A DNA stretch of 64,000 bases from the human T2T-CHM13v2.0 reference genome, Homo sapiens: NCBI RefSeq assembly GCF_009914755.1, contig NC_060932.1. One strand, given 5' to 3'. The translations under genes were made by a program, and so were the position numbers. Shown here in pieces: positions 28,610-41,308 of this stretch; position 1 is the first letter of the stretch, and every line of letters starts with the position of its first letter. Below the pieces are notes generated by a model. The model was not told the DNA's origin and did not search any database. It saw only the letters and a list, made by a program, of their open reading frames with translations.

Positions 28610-29044
28610 TTTCATGCACGTCCGTGTGAAGAGACCATCAAACAGGCTTTGTGGGAGCAACATGGCTGTTTTATTTCACCTGGGCGCAGGCGGGCTGAGT
28701 CCGAAAAGAGAGTCAGTGAAGGGAGATAAGGGTGGGGCCGTTTTATAGGATTTGGGAAGGTAATGGAAAATTACAGTCAAAGGGGGTTGTTCTCTGGTGG
28801 GCAGGGGTGGGGGTCACAAGGTGCTCAGTGGGGGAGCTTCTGAGCCAGGAGAAGGAAATTCACAGGGTTAATCACTCAGTTAAGGTGGGGCAGGAACAAA
28901 TCACAATGGTGGAATGTCATCAGTTAAGGCGGGGCAGGGCCTTTTCACTTCTTTTGTGATTCTTCAGTTACTTCAGGCCATCTGGGCGTATATGTGCAAG
29001 TCACAGGTGATGTGATGGCTTGGCTTGGGCTCAGAGGCCTGACA
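28610..29044 (-). promoter_or_regulatory. 5' LTR (LTR7 family, probably LTR7Y), candidate promoter firing leftward
   Basis: TATA (CCTATAAAAC, + strand 28740-28749), KLF/SP GC-boxes (gggtgggg, aggtggggc, aggcggggc); nearly identical to the 3' LTR. Confidence 0.9.
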
Positions 29045-30159
29045 ATAGGGTTCTTTGCTTGGGGTCTTAAGGCTGGAATCCAGGTGTTGACTGGAGCTGC
29101 ATTCTCATCTGGAGCTCAGGATTCGCTTCCAAACACATTCAGATTGTTGCCAGAATTTGGTTCCTTACAGTTATAGGATGGAGGTTCCTGTTTTCTGCTG
29201 GCTGTCAACTAAAGGCCACCCAATATTTCCTGCCACATGGCACTCTCCACAACATTGGAAGTTGGCCCCTCCAAGGCCAGAAGAATCACCTGCACTTTGA
29301 ATCTTTTTACATCTTTTAAGGCTCGCCTGATTAGAGAAGACCCAGTCCAATAATCTTTCTTTTGATTAACTTAAAGTCAGTTGATTAAGGACCTTGTGAT
29401 TGTACAGACTGGGTACACAGGAGAAGGGGATGGTAGAATTCTGTAAATGTAGGTGCTTTTATAAAAAATAACACTACCATAAAATGCTACTACATTTTAT
29501 AAAAGGTTAGACTATTTTTGCTTCTTGAAAAAACAGGGTTATTTCAACAGAATTTACTTGCATACATAACTGGTATAAAATGTTATACTTCATTACCAAA
29601 AGCCATTGGATACCATATAATTTGGTCAAGTTCTGAAGCAGTCCTGCTATGAAAATGTTTTTTTGCTCTCCCAAATGTAAGCACACTATGCAACCAGAGA
29701 AAAAATGAATCACTTTTGGTTAGGTCAGCTCCTCCCTCCCTAACTCAACCACAAGGTCTAAGGGTATGCACACAAAACATCCAGATCCTGTGCCAGGCTG
29801 GAAGACACTGAGTCCACCATGGGATGGAAATGGGAATTCATAATGCTCCAATAAATATGGTGCCCATGTGCCAGCTGCTGTCTCTCACAGTATCCTGAGC
29901 ACTACAGTGGCAACTGTCTTCCACAACTTCTCTATACTTTCCTGGACCGTTGAACTGGGTTATTGACAGATTTTTGCAGTACACTCTATGGCCTATATCT
30001 TTGAACAACCTCATTGTTATGGGTCTCTTACCACTTGCCTTAGATTTGGCCAGGCCCTTCCATGTGGAGCTGCACACTCTCTTCCATGTCCTTGGTTCCT
30101 CTTCCCATCTTGTTCCCTGGAGTTAGAATAATCAGAACTTCACTTCAATTATCACCTCA

Positions 30160-30477
30160 GCTGGGCACCGTGGCTCACACATGTAATCCTAGCACTTTGG
30201 GACACTGAAGTGGAAGGATCACATGAGCCCAGGAGTTCAAGACCAGCCTGGGCAACATAGCGAGACCCTATCTTGACAAAAAAAGGTTTTGTGGATTTTT
30301 ATTTTTTTTTAGTTGGCCAGGTATGATGTCACATGTGGTTCTAGCTACTCAGGAGGCTAAAAAGGGAGGATCACTTCAGCCCAGGAGATCGAGGTTACAG
30401 TGAGCCATGATAGCACCACTGCACTCCAGCCTGGGTGATAGACCGAAGCACTGTCTCAAAAAAAAAAAAAAAAAAAT
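30160..30477 (+). mobile_element. AluJ
   Basis: gctgggcaccgtggctcac...ggaaggatcacatgagcccaggagttcaagaccagcctgggcaacatag...poly-A. Confidence 0.92.
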
Positions 30478-30804
30478 CAACACTTACCTAGATTTCTGTT
30501 ATCTTGCTCTTCCTTTGGAATTGAGCCTTTTTGGATAAAAATACCAATCAGAATAACAAAAGTAGCAGTGACTTATTTAGTGCCAACCATATGCAAGGTA
30601 CTCAGCTGCATATTTTACATTCATATAAGACTTTCAACAACTTTTGAATAAATTATTATCTTCATGTTACTTATAAAAAACTGCAAATCAAAGAGATTAT
30701 GTAACTAGCACTAGATCACCTACCCGACAGACATAAAGGCTGGAATTCAAACTTGGGTTGAGCTACTCCCAAACCCCAAGTCCTTTCCTTTTTAATTAGG
30801 AGAG

Positions 30805-30940
30805 AATATTATTTGTTACCCAAACTAGGACACTTCTGAGACAATAGAGGGTCTCATTAATAATTGTAATTAATGATTATTGTTATGATAACAATCAAAA
30901 TTATTAATAATGGACAGGAACCAAGCCTCTTCCAGGTACA
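30805..30940. mobile_element. hAT-Blackjack (MER81-like) remnant
   Basis: ccaaactaggacacttctgagacaatagagggtctcattaataatt. Confidence 0.5.
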
Positions 30941-33158
30941 TCAAAAGTATAATTTTCTTAATTGTAGCTATAACACCCTGAATATCCCAGGCCCTGTTTC
31001 ATCAGTAAGAGACCTTTTAGTGACCAATCCAACAACTGGAGTGACTTTCTTAAGTGGGTCTCACCTTTCTCCCCTTCCCCCTTGATCAATAATGCACAGG
31101 TCACAGCATGCCTCAAGGCTATGCCTATTAAGATATTTCCTGTTAGTCTAAAGAAATGACATGAGTTTGAACTTAGTTGTAAAGCTTTGCAAGTCATTTT
31201 CACATTCTTCAATTTGTTTACCTGTAGCTCCGCTTCCCCAATCATTAGCAAGATTTCTCAGTTGCATCCTAGAGACCAAGGAAGCTTCAGAATAACGGAG
31301 ATTTTCTCTATTAAAGCTATACACACAGTTTCTAGCACAACGATAATCCCAAAAGAAGTTTTCACAATGTTTAGGGATTGTAATAAATGTAGACACACAC
31401 ATAAATATAATATCTTTGTGCAGATAAAGATACATACACGTAGACAGTTTTTACGTGGCTCTCTCATATCTAGATCCATACAGAGCATAAATATTTCTAC
31501 ATTTCATTTTAAGAATTCATTATTACATAAAAGTAAAAGTCTCATGAGTTGGGGCTATGGTACAACATTACACATGGCTCAGTATGCAGTGAGAACACTA
31601 TAGAGAATACAAATAGAGCAATTTCAACTAACATGTCATCCCTAAGTCTACAGGTTCTGCAAATCCTATAGTAATATACCCAGTTAATTTCAGTTTCCTT
31701 TTCTATAAGTAATTTTTCAAAGGTATTCTATGGATTTTCTAATACTTTGAGATTCTCTTTTAGAAAGGGTTATGTGGATTTTTAAGCTAGGAAAATGCTA
31801 TTTTAGGAAATGATCCTTTACCTGTGCTTCCTAGAAATACTTAATTTCACATTCCTAAGACATTTCACTTCCCCAGGGACTCTCATTCAATTCTTTGGAT
31901 TTCTCAAGCCCCGGAGGGAGCAAATATAAATTACCCTGGGATATTTCTTATTGATCTAGCCTTGCCCTCCATAGAAGACAAGAAAACAATAATTGAATTG
32001 TCTTTATAAATTATAGAATTAAAATATAAGTCTTCCATATAATTTTCCATCTTATTATTGTGGCTAAGCAGTAGTTAAGATTATCCCATAGGAAAAAATC
32101 TATATGCAGACAAATGTGGGAGACATACTTTCCATTTCTTCTCTCAGTACTTATTACCGTCTTAGAGCTTTTGAGAAGTTTGGCAATAAAGAACCCAAAA
32201 GAATTTGACTATAAAATCCTTTTCCCAAAAACACCTTCAAGGATCTCACTGGGCTGCAATTACATGGAATACACTGGGAAATGCTCTTTTAAATGACAAA
32301 AAAAAAAAAATCTTGAGACTGGTTTAGTGTGTGATCATGTCTTCCACTACAGACAAAGGAAAATTAAAACACAGAAATGCAGATACATATAAAACTGAAA
32401 CACCTCCTCCTACCTAAGCCCTAAGGAGGGAGGCTGAGTCCTAAACTGTGTATTGAGCAAGGGGCAAATCACAGCACTGGGAAGTCCCTTATGCTGAGGT
32501 CTGGGTAATCCCATAACGAGATATTTCCCAGCTCCCCTGGGGCTGGCATCTACAACAAGAACACCTTAATATCAATTACCCATTCTCTGGAAGTAGAGGT
32601 AGAACCACAAACTCTGCATGGATCTTTAAAAGGAGCAGTTCAGCAAAGTGGCTAGGGTAAGTTTCATGGTCAACATCAGAGCAGGGGCAATATCAGGGTA
32701 GAGAGCAAGGTGAAGTTTGTTTTCACTGTAATGCTGAAAGGAAAGTTTCATGTTGACCAGCAGTGATAGTGATGAAGCAAATAGGTTGGGGAAGGACAAC
32801 TGATGGGGCCAAATCTTCCAGGTGTTTCTTAGAAAACACCTGCAGGAAGAACCTCAGCCAGAAAACCCAGCAGTAAGGAGATGACAATTCCCAGGGCCAG
32901 GTGGAAATGAGGAGTCATCAGAAAGATGGATAAGAAGTCGCTGCTTAACCATGATTTGTCATTTGGGAAAAACATATGTTCATGGTACGGAGTCTATCTG
33001 CAGCAGAAGAAAATCAATATTCTCCTCTTTTTTCTTTCCAGAGCCCACCCAAAAAAGCTTATCAAAAAATTCTGTGCCTGGTACTTGTGGCCCCTTTCAC
33101 AGGGTTTGAATGGGCTTTCCAATGGTGGTCCCACTGCTCACTTAAAGGATGCCTAGAG

Positions 33159-33370
33159 CAGGATTTCTCAACCTCAGCATCACTGGCATTTTGGGCCAGA
33201 TTAATAAATATTTGCTTTGGATGGCTATCCTGCATTGTAGAGTGTTGAGCAATGTCTCTGTTTTCTATCCATTACATGCTACTAGTACCCCTTCAATTGT
33301 GACTACCAAAAAGAGCTGTGGACATTGCCAAATGTTTTCTAAGGAGTAAATTCACCCCTGGTTGAGACTA
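33159..33370 (+). mobile_element. MER20
   Basis: caggatttctcaacctcagca...ttttgggccagatta...cattgtag...gacattgccaaatgt...cccctggttgaga. Confidence 0.8.
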
Positions 33371-34478
33371 GAGAAAGGCTATAAAGCTCTCGTAATTTAC
33401 ATGAAAATAAAAAATGGACTGTATTTATAACAATAACCTTTAGCAGGAGGTTTGAGGTTGAGGTTAATGGAGTAGTGGTGGGAATTTGAAATCCTCTTCC
33501 ACATTCGCCTGCTACATCCCAAAAGTTGGTTACATTTAGGGGAGTTTTATCCAACATTTATTGTATTTGATATTATTTATTGTGTGTTGTTTTTTGCCAT
33601 GTCTCAGTTATCCATTGCCTAGGCTAATTTTTTTCCTCAGTGAGGTTGCCAATTTTTGTGTGAGTGGTGTTAGGTAAGTAGGTTCATCTGCCATAGGCTG
33701 GGTTAGCCTGAAGCATATCCTTCGATGGGAACTAGGACATACATGTGTATGTCCTAAAGAGTTCTAGTGGTTATGATTTGTGAAGGGAAATATACATTGT
33801 TCATGGTCATCTATGCTAGAGAATAAACCTATGGTAATAGGTGTGAATTAACCACAATTGCAGAGTGTAATGAGGTTTGTTGTTTCAGTAAATTTATGGG
33901 GAGAGAGGACTTTAGAAGCTAGTTTCAGATAGAATCAGCAGATGTAAATTTGTTAAGTTGGAAGGATGTTTTATAACTGCCACTACAAAGAATGCAGATT
34001 TAGGATGGGATCAAATGAGAGGCCAGAAGCTAACACATGGACGGGAATTCGAAAATAGCTGACTGGTATCCCAAGATGTAGGCTGAATACATAACAGCTA
34101 GGCTTTAATTTCACTTTTCTGTTTATTTGTTCTGTAGTGTGTGCGTGTTTGTGTTTATGTATGTGTACATACATCTATGTGTGTCTAAACAAATACATGC
34201 ATATATTAGAAATATATATAAAAGAAAACAAATATATATGTATTTTCTATATATCTGCTAATATACCCTGACACATGGCAATAACAAAATGAGCTGAAAT
34301 TTATAGCCTTTTACTCTGAAAATTCTAGTATCATAAATTTCAAAAATCCCTGGATCTAGATGATGGATATGTGGGATCATTGTACTGTTTCATATCCATG
34401 TTTTTATTAGTTTGAAATCTCCGTGATACAAATAATTTTTTTTAAAAGTCAGTTGACACTGTTTTCTGCAAAACTAGA

Positions 34479-34882
34479 TGATATGGTTTGGCTCTGTGAC
34501 CCCATCCAAATCTCATCTAGAATTGTAATCCCCAATTACAATTCTAGTGAAGGGCCTGGTGGGAGGTGACTGGATCATGGGGGCACTTCCCCCTTACTGT
34601 TCCGTGATAGTGAGTGAGTTCTCACCAGATCTAGTTGTTTGAAAGTGTGTGGCACTTCCTGCTTCTTTAGCGCTCACTCTCACGCTCTCTCTCTCTCTCT
34701 CTCTCTCTCAATCCTACAGCCATGTAAGATGTGCCTTGCTTCCCCTTCACCTTCTGCCATGATTATAAGCTTCCTCAGACTTCCTCAGCCATGCAGAACT
34801 GTGAATCAATTAAACTTCTTTTCTTTGTAAATTACCCAGTCTCAGGTAGTTCTTTACAGCAGTGTGAGAATGGACTAATACA
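34479..34882 (+). mobile_element. MSTA-like MaLR solo LTR with internal (CT)n
   Basis: tgatatggtttggctctgtg...gggaggtgactggatcatgggg...gagaatggactaataca; TSD ctaga/ctagc. Confidence 0.9.
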
Positions 34883-37274
34883 CTAGCTATTCTATTTGGC
34901 AGCATATAACAGTTACACTGTTTAAGCAGAAAGGGACATATTTTTTGCAAGTCCAGAGTCAGATTCCTAGTTGAAACTTTCAAAAACAATGCAAAATTTC
35001 CATGATATTGTAAACACTTAGTTATTCAAACTATATTTTAGATCATAGTTATGAACTTTCTAAAGAAATTGTACTTCTCTTGCATGCAATACATTTTGGA
35101 TTTGAGCCCTTCGTTTTATTAAAATGCAAAGTAACTATGCCATCTTGCTCTTTATGAAAATTCAATTACATTGAAAATCAACTAGAGAATATTGCCTCTG
35201 AGTTTAAGGTGATTTAGCAAGCCAAAAATGTATGCAGATTATGAGGGAAGAAATTAGACAAAATAATAATGGCAGCTATAATTTGCTCATCACTTGAGGG
35301 TTTACAAATCACTTTCATGTACATAATCTTACTTTCTTCATCCAATGTTCTGCCTCCTGCCCCCTGACCTTCCAACCTGCCAAATAAGATTTCACCAGTC
35401 CATGAGTAAAATCAGGAGAAACTATTTAAATATTTAATGGTAAACTACATTTACCAATACATCGATTTTCTTTGTCCCTAGATTACATAATTCATACAAA
35501 AAATGTGTATGACCTTCAAACACTCCTATCCCACCATTCAAGCAATCAAGTCATAGTTAAGAACCAAAAAAAAAAAATCTGCTGTTTGGGATTCTATATA
35601 AAGGACTGGCAGTTCTATCTGAACTCATCTCACATGGAATTCCCATATTGCTTAACTATAAAATAATACAATTAGACCACAGTAGGGAAGTGATGTTCTA
35701 CACATTTCTAGACTCCTGTCCAGCTTCTTGCCTTGAAAGGCATTTGAAGGAGCTATACTAAATCAAACTATAGTGCTCAGACATGGGTCTGCAGGTTGTG
35801 AATAATATACATTGCCCTCTCTCCTCACGTTCATAAGGTGACCTGCTCATGGTGCCCTTCAAGTTCCTCAATGCTCCTTCCTGGTCTATTAATTGTAATG
35901 AACTATCAGACATTTTAATATATAAGAAAGAGCTCAAAATAAATGGAAAACCTCATGTATTTCACTGATTGACTAAATCTGCCAAACGATATTTTATCCG
36001 ATTAATTTTGAGAGACAACCCACTTATTGAAATAAAAAGCATTAATGTCTCCACTGTTCTACTTTATTATTGATTAAATTAAATTCAAGAAGCTTCAGAA
36101 TGTGGAATGCATTAGCCAATATTAGACTATTTTCCATATGATTAAAAGCATACTTAGCGGTACCATAAAAAGTTTCCTTGCCATGAGCCAACTGACCATA
36201 TGTATTAGGTGAAATTCCAGAAGATTAACAATCGATTTTCCAAGCACAAATTGCGTGGGTAAGTTGCAACTCCAAAGACAATTAGTACGTTAAGGCAAGG
36301 ACTATAATGAACAAACCAACTTTTTAAAAAATGTGCAGAGGTAAAAAATGAATCTGGTTCAAATTCTTGAGAAAGAGACCTAGAGTAACAAGTTAACAAT
36401 ACAATTACTAAGGGAATATCAATTGTTTAAGAAAGAGAAATAATTGCAAGAAGGAACTAGACTCAACAGACTGATCTCAGGTTTCCATTGTACATGCAGG
36501 ATAACAAATCAATGAGGGCCTGTCAGTTAAATTTGCCATATCAAGCAGTTCCACACATAATTACATCATACATGCAACAGATGTGACTTCCTTCCAGGAA
36601 AACAAAAAGGTAGCAAAGAAATGCACTGGTTTAAATACACAGTCTTGAAAATAAGTCTACATATCTAATCCATAATGAAGACAGGCATAAAGTAAACAGA
36701 AGTTTGCCTAATGAAATTCTGACCACTTGCAAATGTAATATTTTACTTTTTAAATTTTATTTTCTCATATTCTATTTTGGGATATTTGAAATTCTCATTT
36801 AGGAGTGTCACATAAAGATAAAATTTAGATTGAAAAGGATGGCTAATGTTTCCTTCAAGTGTCAACTTATTTGAAACAACAAACAATAAAAATTCTGACT
36901 TCCAGAATCACACAGACCCATAGAACACCTTTAGTGTTTGGTAAAGAAGTTCATGAGATGTGGACAGAGAATGGGTTTCTATGGACTAGACTGTACAGTA
37001 ACCCCCTTGCTATCATGAAGGGGAAGAATGCATGCGGAAGAATGTCTTGGGAAGGGAAGTTTGTGGAAGGAGCTTTATCATCCTCTGGGGGTGTTTGATG
37101 GTCAGCATCCTCTGCCTGGTAACCCACAAGAAGGTGAGAGGGACAGCCAGAGGTACCTGACCAGAGACCTGGACTTTCCCCTTTTCAACCAAACCGTGCT
37201 TCTGTTCCACTCTTAAATACACTTTGAGCTCCAATAGAGGCTTGAATAATCCTTTTAAAAAATGCCAAGTAAGT

Positions 37275-37738
<464 letters not shown>

Positions 37739-40700
37739 GTTAAGTAAGAATCCTAAAAGGGTAGAAAAGAGGACCAGGAGTTGTAACTTTATTTAATTAA
37801 CTTGTTCCCTTAACCACACAAAGACATCAGAAAATACAACGTCTCCATCCAGGACTTTGGAGGAAACTTTCTTCATGGGAATTTTCTTGTTCCCTAACCC
37901 AATTTCCCTAACCAGACCCTTCCCTTTCCTTCCCAAAGCAGCAATTTGATCCTCTCTCTCCTTGGAGAGCTCACCTTTCCCCAACTCTCCTCTTACTTCC
38001 GGGAAAATCCTACCTTTCCCATGTGAGAAAGAAGTCTATTGATGTCCTCATCTCTTTGTGCGTATTGCAAACTCTGCCACCTCAGACTTCAACAAGATGT
38101 TAATGGAAGTTTTCCTTTGTCCAGGCTTCCACTGCATCTGAGGGAAAGCCATGAGCTGTGTGCCATGAGTAGAAGAAGCCAGGAGAAGTTCTTGATAAAT
38201 GATGGCTGCAGCCATGTTCGTTTAGAATCGCCTAAAGAAAGGGAGTACAATCTCACAAGAGAAAAGTAGTTTCCATCACAGGGTCTTTCTCCTACTCTGA
38301 GAAATAAGACAGTGGCCTTATTGTGCTCAAGGATTGTTGCTTCCTTCCTGCCCTGCTTTAATTGGAAGTACTCCCCTGTCATATGAAGGAATAATGGCTC
38401 TCCCTGAGCCAACAATCACTGGGGGTGCAAACACCAAATCGGTTCTCTCAGACCCCAGATGCTCTCTGCAGTGGTGGGGAGAGGGAGAGTTGGTTAATCT
38501 TGCCATGTACAGAGATTCCCTTTATGGAGCTTAAAATTGTGTTCTTCGAAATAGCAAAACACAACTACAGAATTGCTTGACCCATAGTTATTTTTATGAA
38601 CAAGCTTTTTGTGTCACCATAATGGCTGAGTTATTAGTAAAATAGTTAGACAATGCAGTCATAAAAATCGCAGGTCTGCAAATGACAAAAAAAAATAGAC
38701 CAAATACTTATAGGTACATTATTGTGAATAACTTAACTATCAGTGTAACTGAAGACTCTTCCACCATTTCACCCTAAACATTCATTCATTCAGCAAAGAT
38801 TTAATGGACATTATCTACAGGTTAAAGGGCAGGAAACAGAGAAGAAAGACAAGCAGATGGAGACTGAGCCACCTATACTCAGTCCATAGTCTTCTCTCCA
38901 CCCCCTGCCCCCCGCCCCCCCACGAACCCCCCATCCCCCACCCCAGAAGCTCTCTGCTCCTGCCTCATCTATTTTATTACTCCCTGAAGTCAGAAACTAA
39001 TCACAGGAGCTGGAGTCAGCGCAGTTAAGTGCTGAGCTGGCTTCACATAAACAAAAGCTGCAACCAGAGACCTGGCGGAAGACACACCTCCCCTCTTTCC
39101 CTGCAGTCTCCCTGGTGTTTGCCATGGACAACTCTAAATTGTTATGAGTAGTGCTGTGGTGTTAGTTTCTAGACAAGCATCTACCTTAGACACAAACAAA
39201 CCAAGGGTGATTTCCCCTGTGATTGTAAGTAGTGTAGAAGACTATCCTAGGGTCTTCTCATGACAATGTGGCCACACCTTATCACATCCCCCATTAAATT
39301 CACTGGGAGAGTAGTAGCCAGTTCCCACAGTGAACACAGGTGGCAAACTTCCTCAGAGGGGTTACAGAGAGTTTCCCATGGAGGGCTTTTTTCAATAGTA
39401 AAAAATAGCGGCACCTTGGAGCAGGGAGGGTGAAGATCTGATAATGACAGAATGTTTCTCTCCATCATCAAAATAATTACTTTTGTGGCTCTGAGTAGAG
39501 AAATGGTGACCGTGTGGGGCCCTGTGTCTACTATTTGACAAAGAATGGCTAAGCAGTCAGTAACACCAGAGCAGAGCAGGAAGAGCGAGAGGGTTCCATG
39601 GGGCAGCATCTATCTTGGCAAAGGAAAAAAAGCTTTAAAAAGGCAAGTATAATTCTCAGCTCCCCACAGAATTAGAGGCTGCTCCCAAATGCTCCCATGT
39701 TCATAACAAAGAATCTCCATAAGGCATATAGTTGGCATTGGACAAACATATGAAAAAAATACATTCTCCCTGATGGGAAATTATTGGTGATCAAGCTGGT
39801 ATGCACTTTCAACAAGAATATCTCACTTCCACATTCTCCCTTCCCTCCAACTGAATTCTTAAATCCTTTTCATCTTTGCCTAGATTTTCTCTCTTTCCTC
39901 TCTGTACATGTTTGCTATTTGTTCACTAAGCTGCAAAGATTTTGTGTCCTTACCTCTAAAATAACCTGGGCTTCAAAAAGGAAGATAAGTGGGTTTGGGA
40001 GCTGATAGGATCTCTGGTACCTGCAGAATTCTGTGAGGTGGATGTTATCTGTGGATGAAGGTATCCTCAGACCTATATCTGGATTCAGTTTTGTCTTCAT
40101 TGTTTCTGATTCCAGTGGCAAGCAATGGAGAAAACAAGATATTGATGGACAGGTTTGGGAAATACGGCAGGATTCTGAAGAAACAGTAACTCTTCCATTG
40201 TTAATAGCCCAAGGCCCTGAAGTTAGAAGGACAGAAGAGAAAAGAAAGCTCGTTTCCCCTCTAAATATATTTCTTCTCAAACCCCATTCCAACACAAATA
40301 CAGAGAAAAACACTGTGATAAGGGTACAGAGAAAAACACTGTGATAAGTACAAACTTAAAGCCAAAATTTTATTGTGAAGAAATTTAACTTTTTTTAGTA
40401 ACTCCATTTCTACTCTGAGTCCCCATTCTACTGAGTGCTGAAAATTAAATTTTAGTCATCTCCCCATCCTAAGGTTACTATAAATTCTAGAGGGTTTACA
40501 CAATGCCAATATTGGATATATGACCTGGGAGATCATGCATCTGGCATCAGATGAGAGATTGTATCCCCATCAGATGGCAGGCCGTCAGTCCACCAGACAG
40601 GTGTCAGCCATGCTTCCTGATGGCAGGTGCGCTTGTGTCCAGCTCATTCTCAGCACTTCTGTACTCTTCTGGTTTCATGGGCCCATTCTGCAGCTTTTAT

Positions 40701-41308
40701 TCCAGATAGTGCCATGGAAATTAAGCTACCTGCAGCACCATCTAACTTCTGTGCCACTTTGGGCCACCAGGAACTGTTATTTTGTACTGTGCTAAACTGG
40801 AGAAGCTAAACTCCCCCGTCAGACTAAAGCCCCTCTTCCTAAACCCATCATGAAGGCATTTGCTCTCTGGGGCTCTGCTACCTCCACACTCTGCCCAAGA
40901 ATCAAGGCCTAGATCTTCTCTGCTCTTGGACCCCAAAACATATCTGGGATTTATATTAACCTCCCAAGGACGAGATTCATAGAAAATGCAGGAAATATTC
41001 CCTCACCTTGCTAAGGGCCCAAGACTCTTCTCACTTCCCTGCTGATGCTCTATCCTGCAGATCAGAGGACCCTTATTCTGTCTGATCACAAGAGAATCCT
41101 GGTATGTTCTCTTTAATAGAGCCTCCCAAACATCATGTTCTTCACCTTTCCTCTCTGAAAGCTAAGCTAGACTTTCAAAATTCAAAACCCGGAAGAAAAA
41201 CTTGAGTTTGATTTTTCTCTTTCGGTTCTTATCCCTTCTCCAAGGAGTTAATGAACTTAGAATGGCAGAAGGAGCACTAAGTAAAAGGAAGAACTATGCC
41301 AGAAGAAA

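Larger units (their letters stand above)
23464..29044 (-). mobile_element. HERV-H provirus, 5581 bp, common internally deleted (pol/env-deleted) form, both LTRs present
   Basis: Two LTRs, 5-bp TSD ATAGG (23459-23463 / 29045-29049), His-tRNA PBS, PPT (minus strand AAGAAGGCAGGAA before the 3' LTR), gag/pro/pol remnants. Confidence 0.97.
23356..29400 (-). mobile_element. MLT1 LTR host split by HERV-H (pieces ~23356-23458 and ~29050-29400)
   Basis: tgtatattagttttctattgcta...cttatctcacagttt | ggtcttaaggctggaatccaggtgttg...cattcagattgttgccagaatttggttccttacagttataggat...tttgattaacttaaagtca. Confidence 0.8.

Noticed and set aside
30481-30700. Perfect minus-strand donor AG|GTAAGT at ~30487 with a possible acceptor near 30681
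   Set aside because: Isolated splice-like words are expected by chance in 64 kb; the acceptor lies in MIR-like sequence and there is no ORF support
39118-39150. Strong Kozak gccATGG
   Set aside because: The frame closes after a few codons (ATG GAC AAC TCT AAA TTG TTA TGA)
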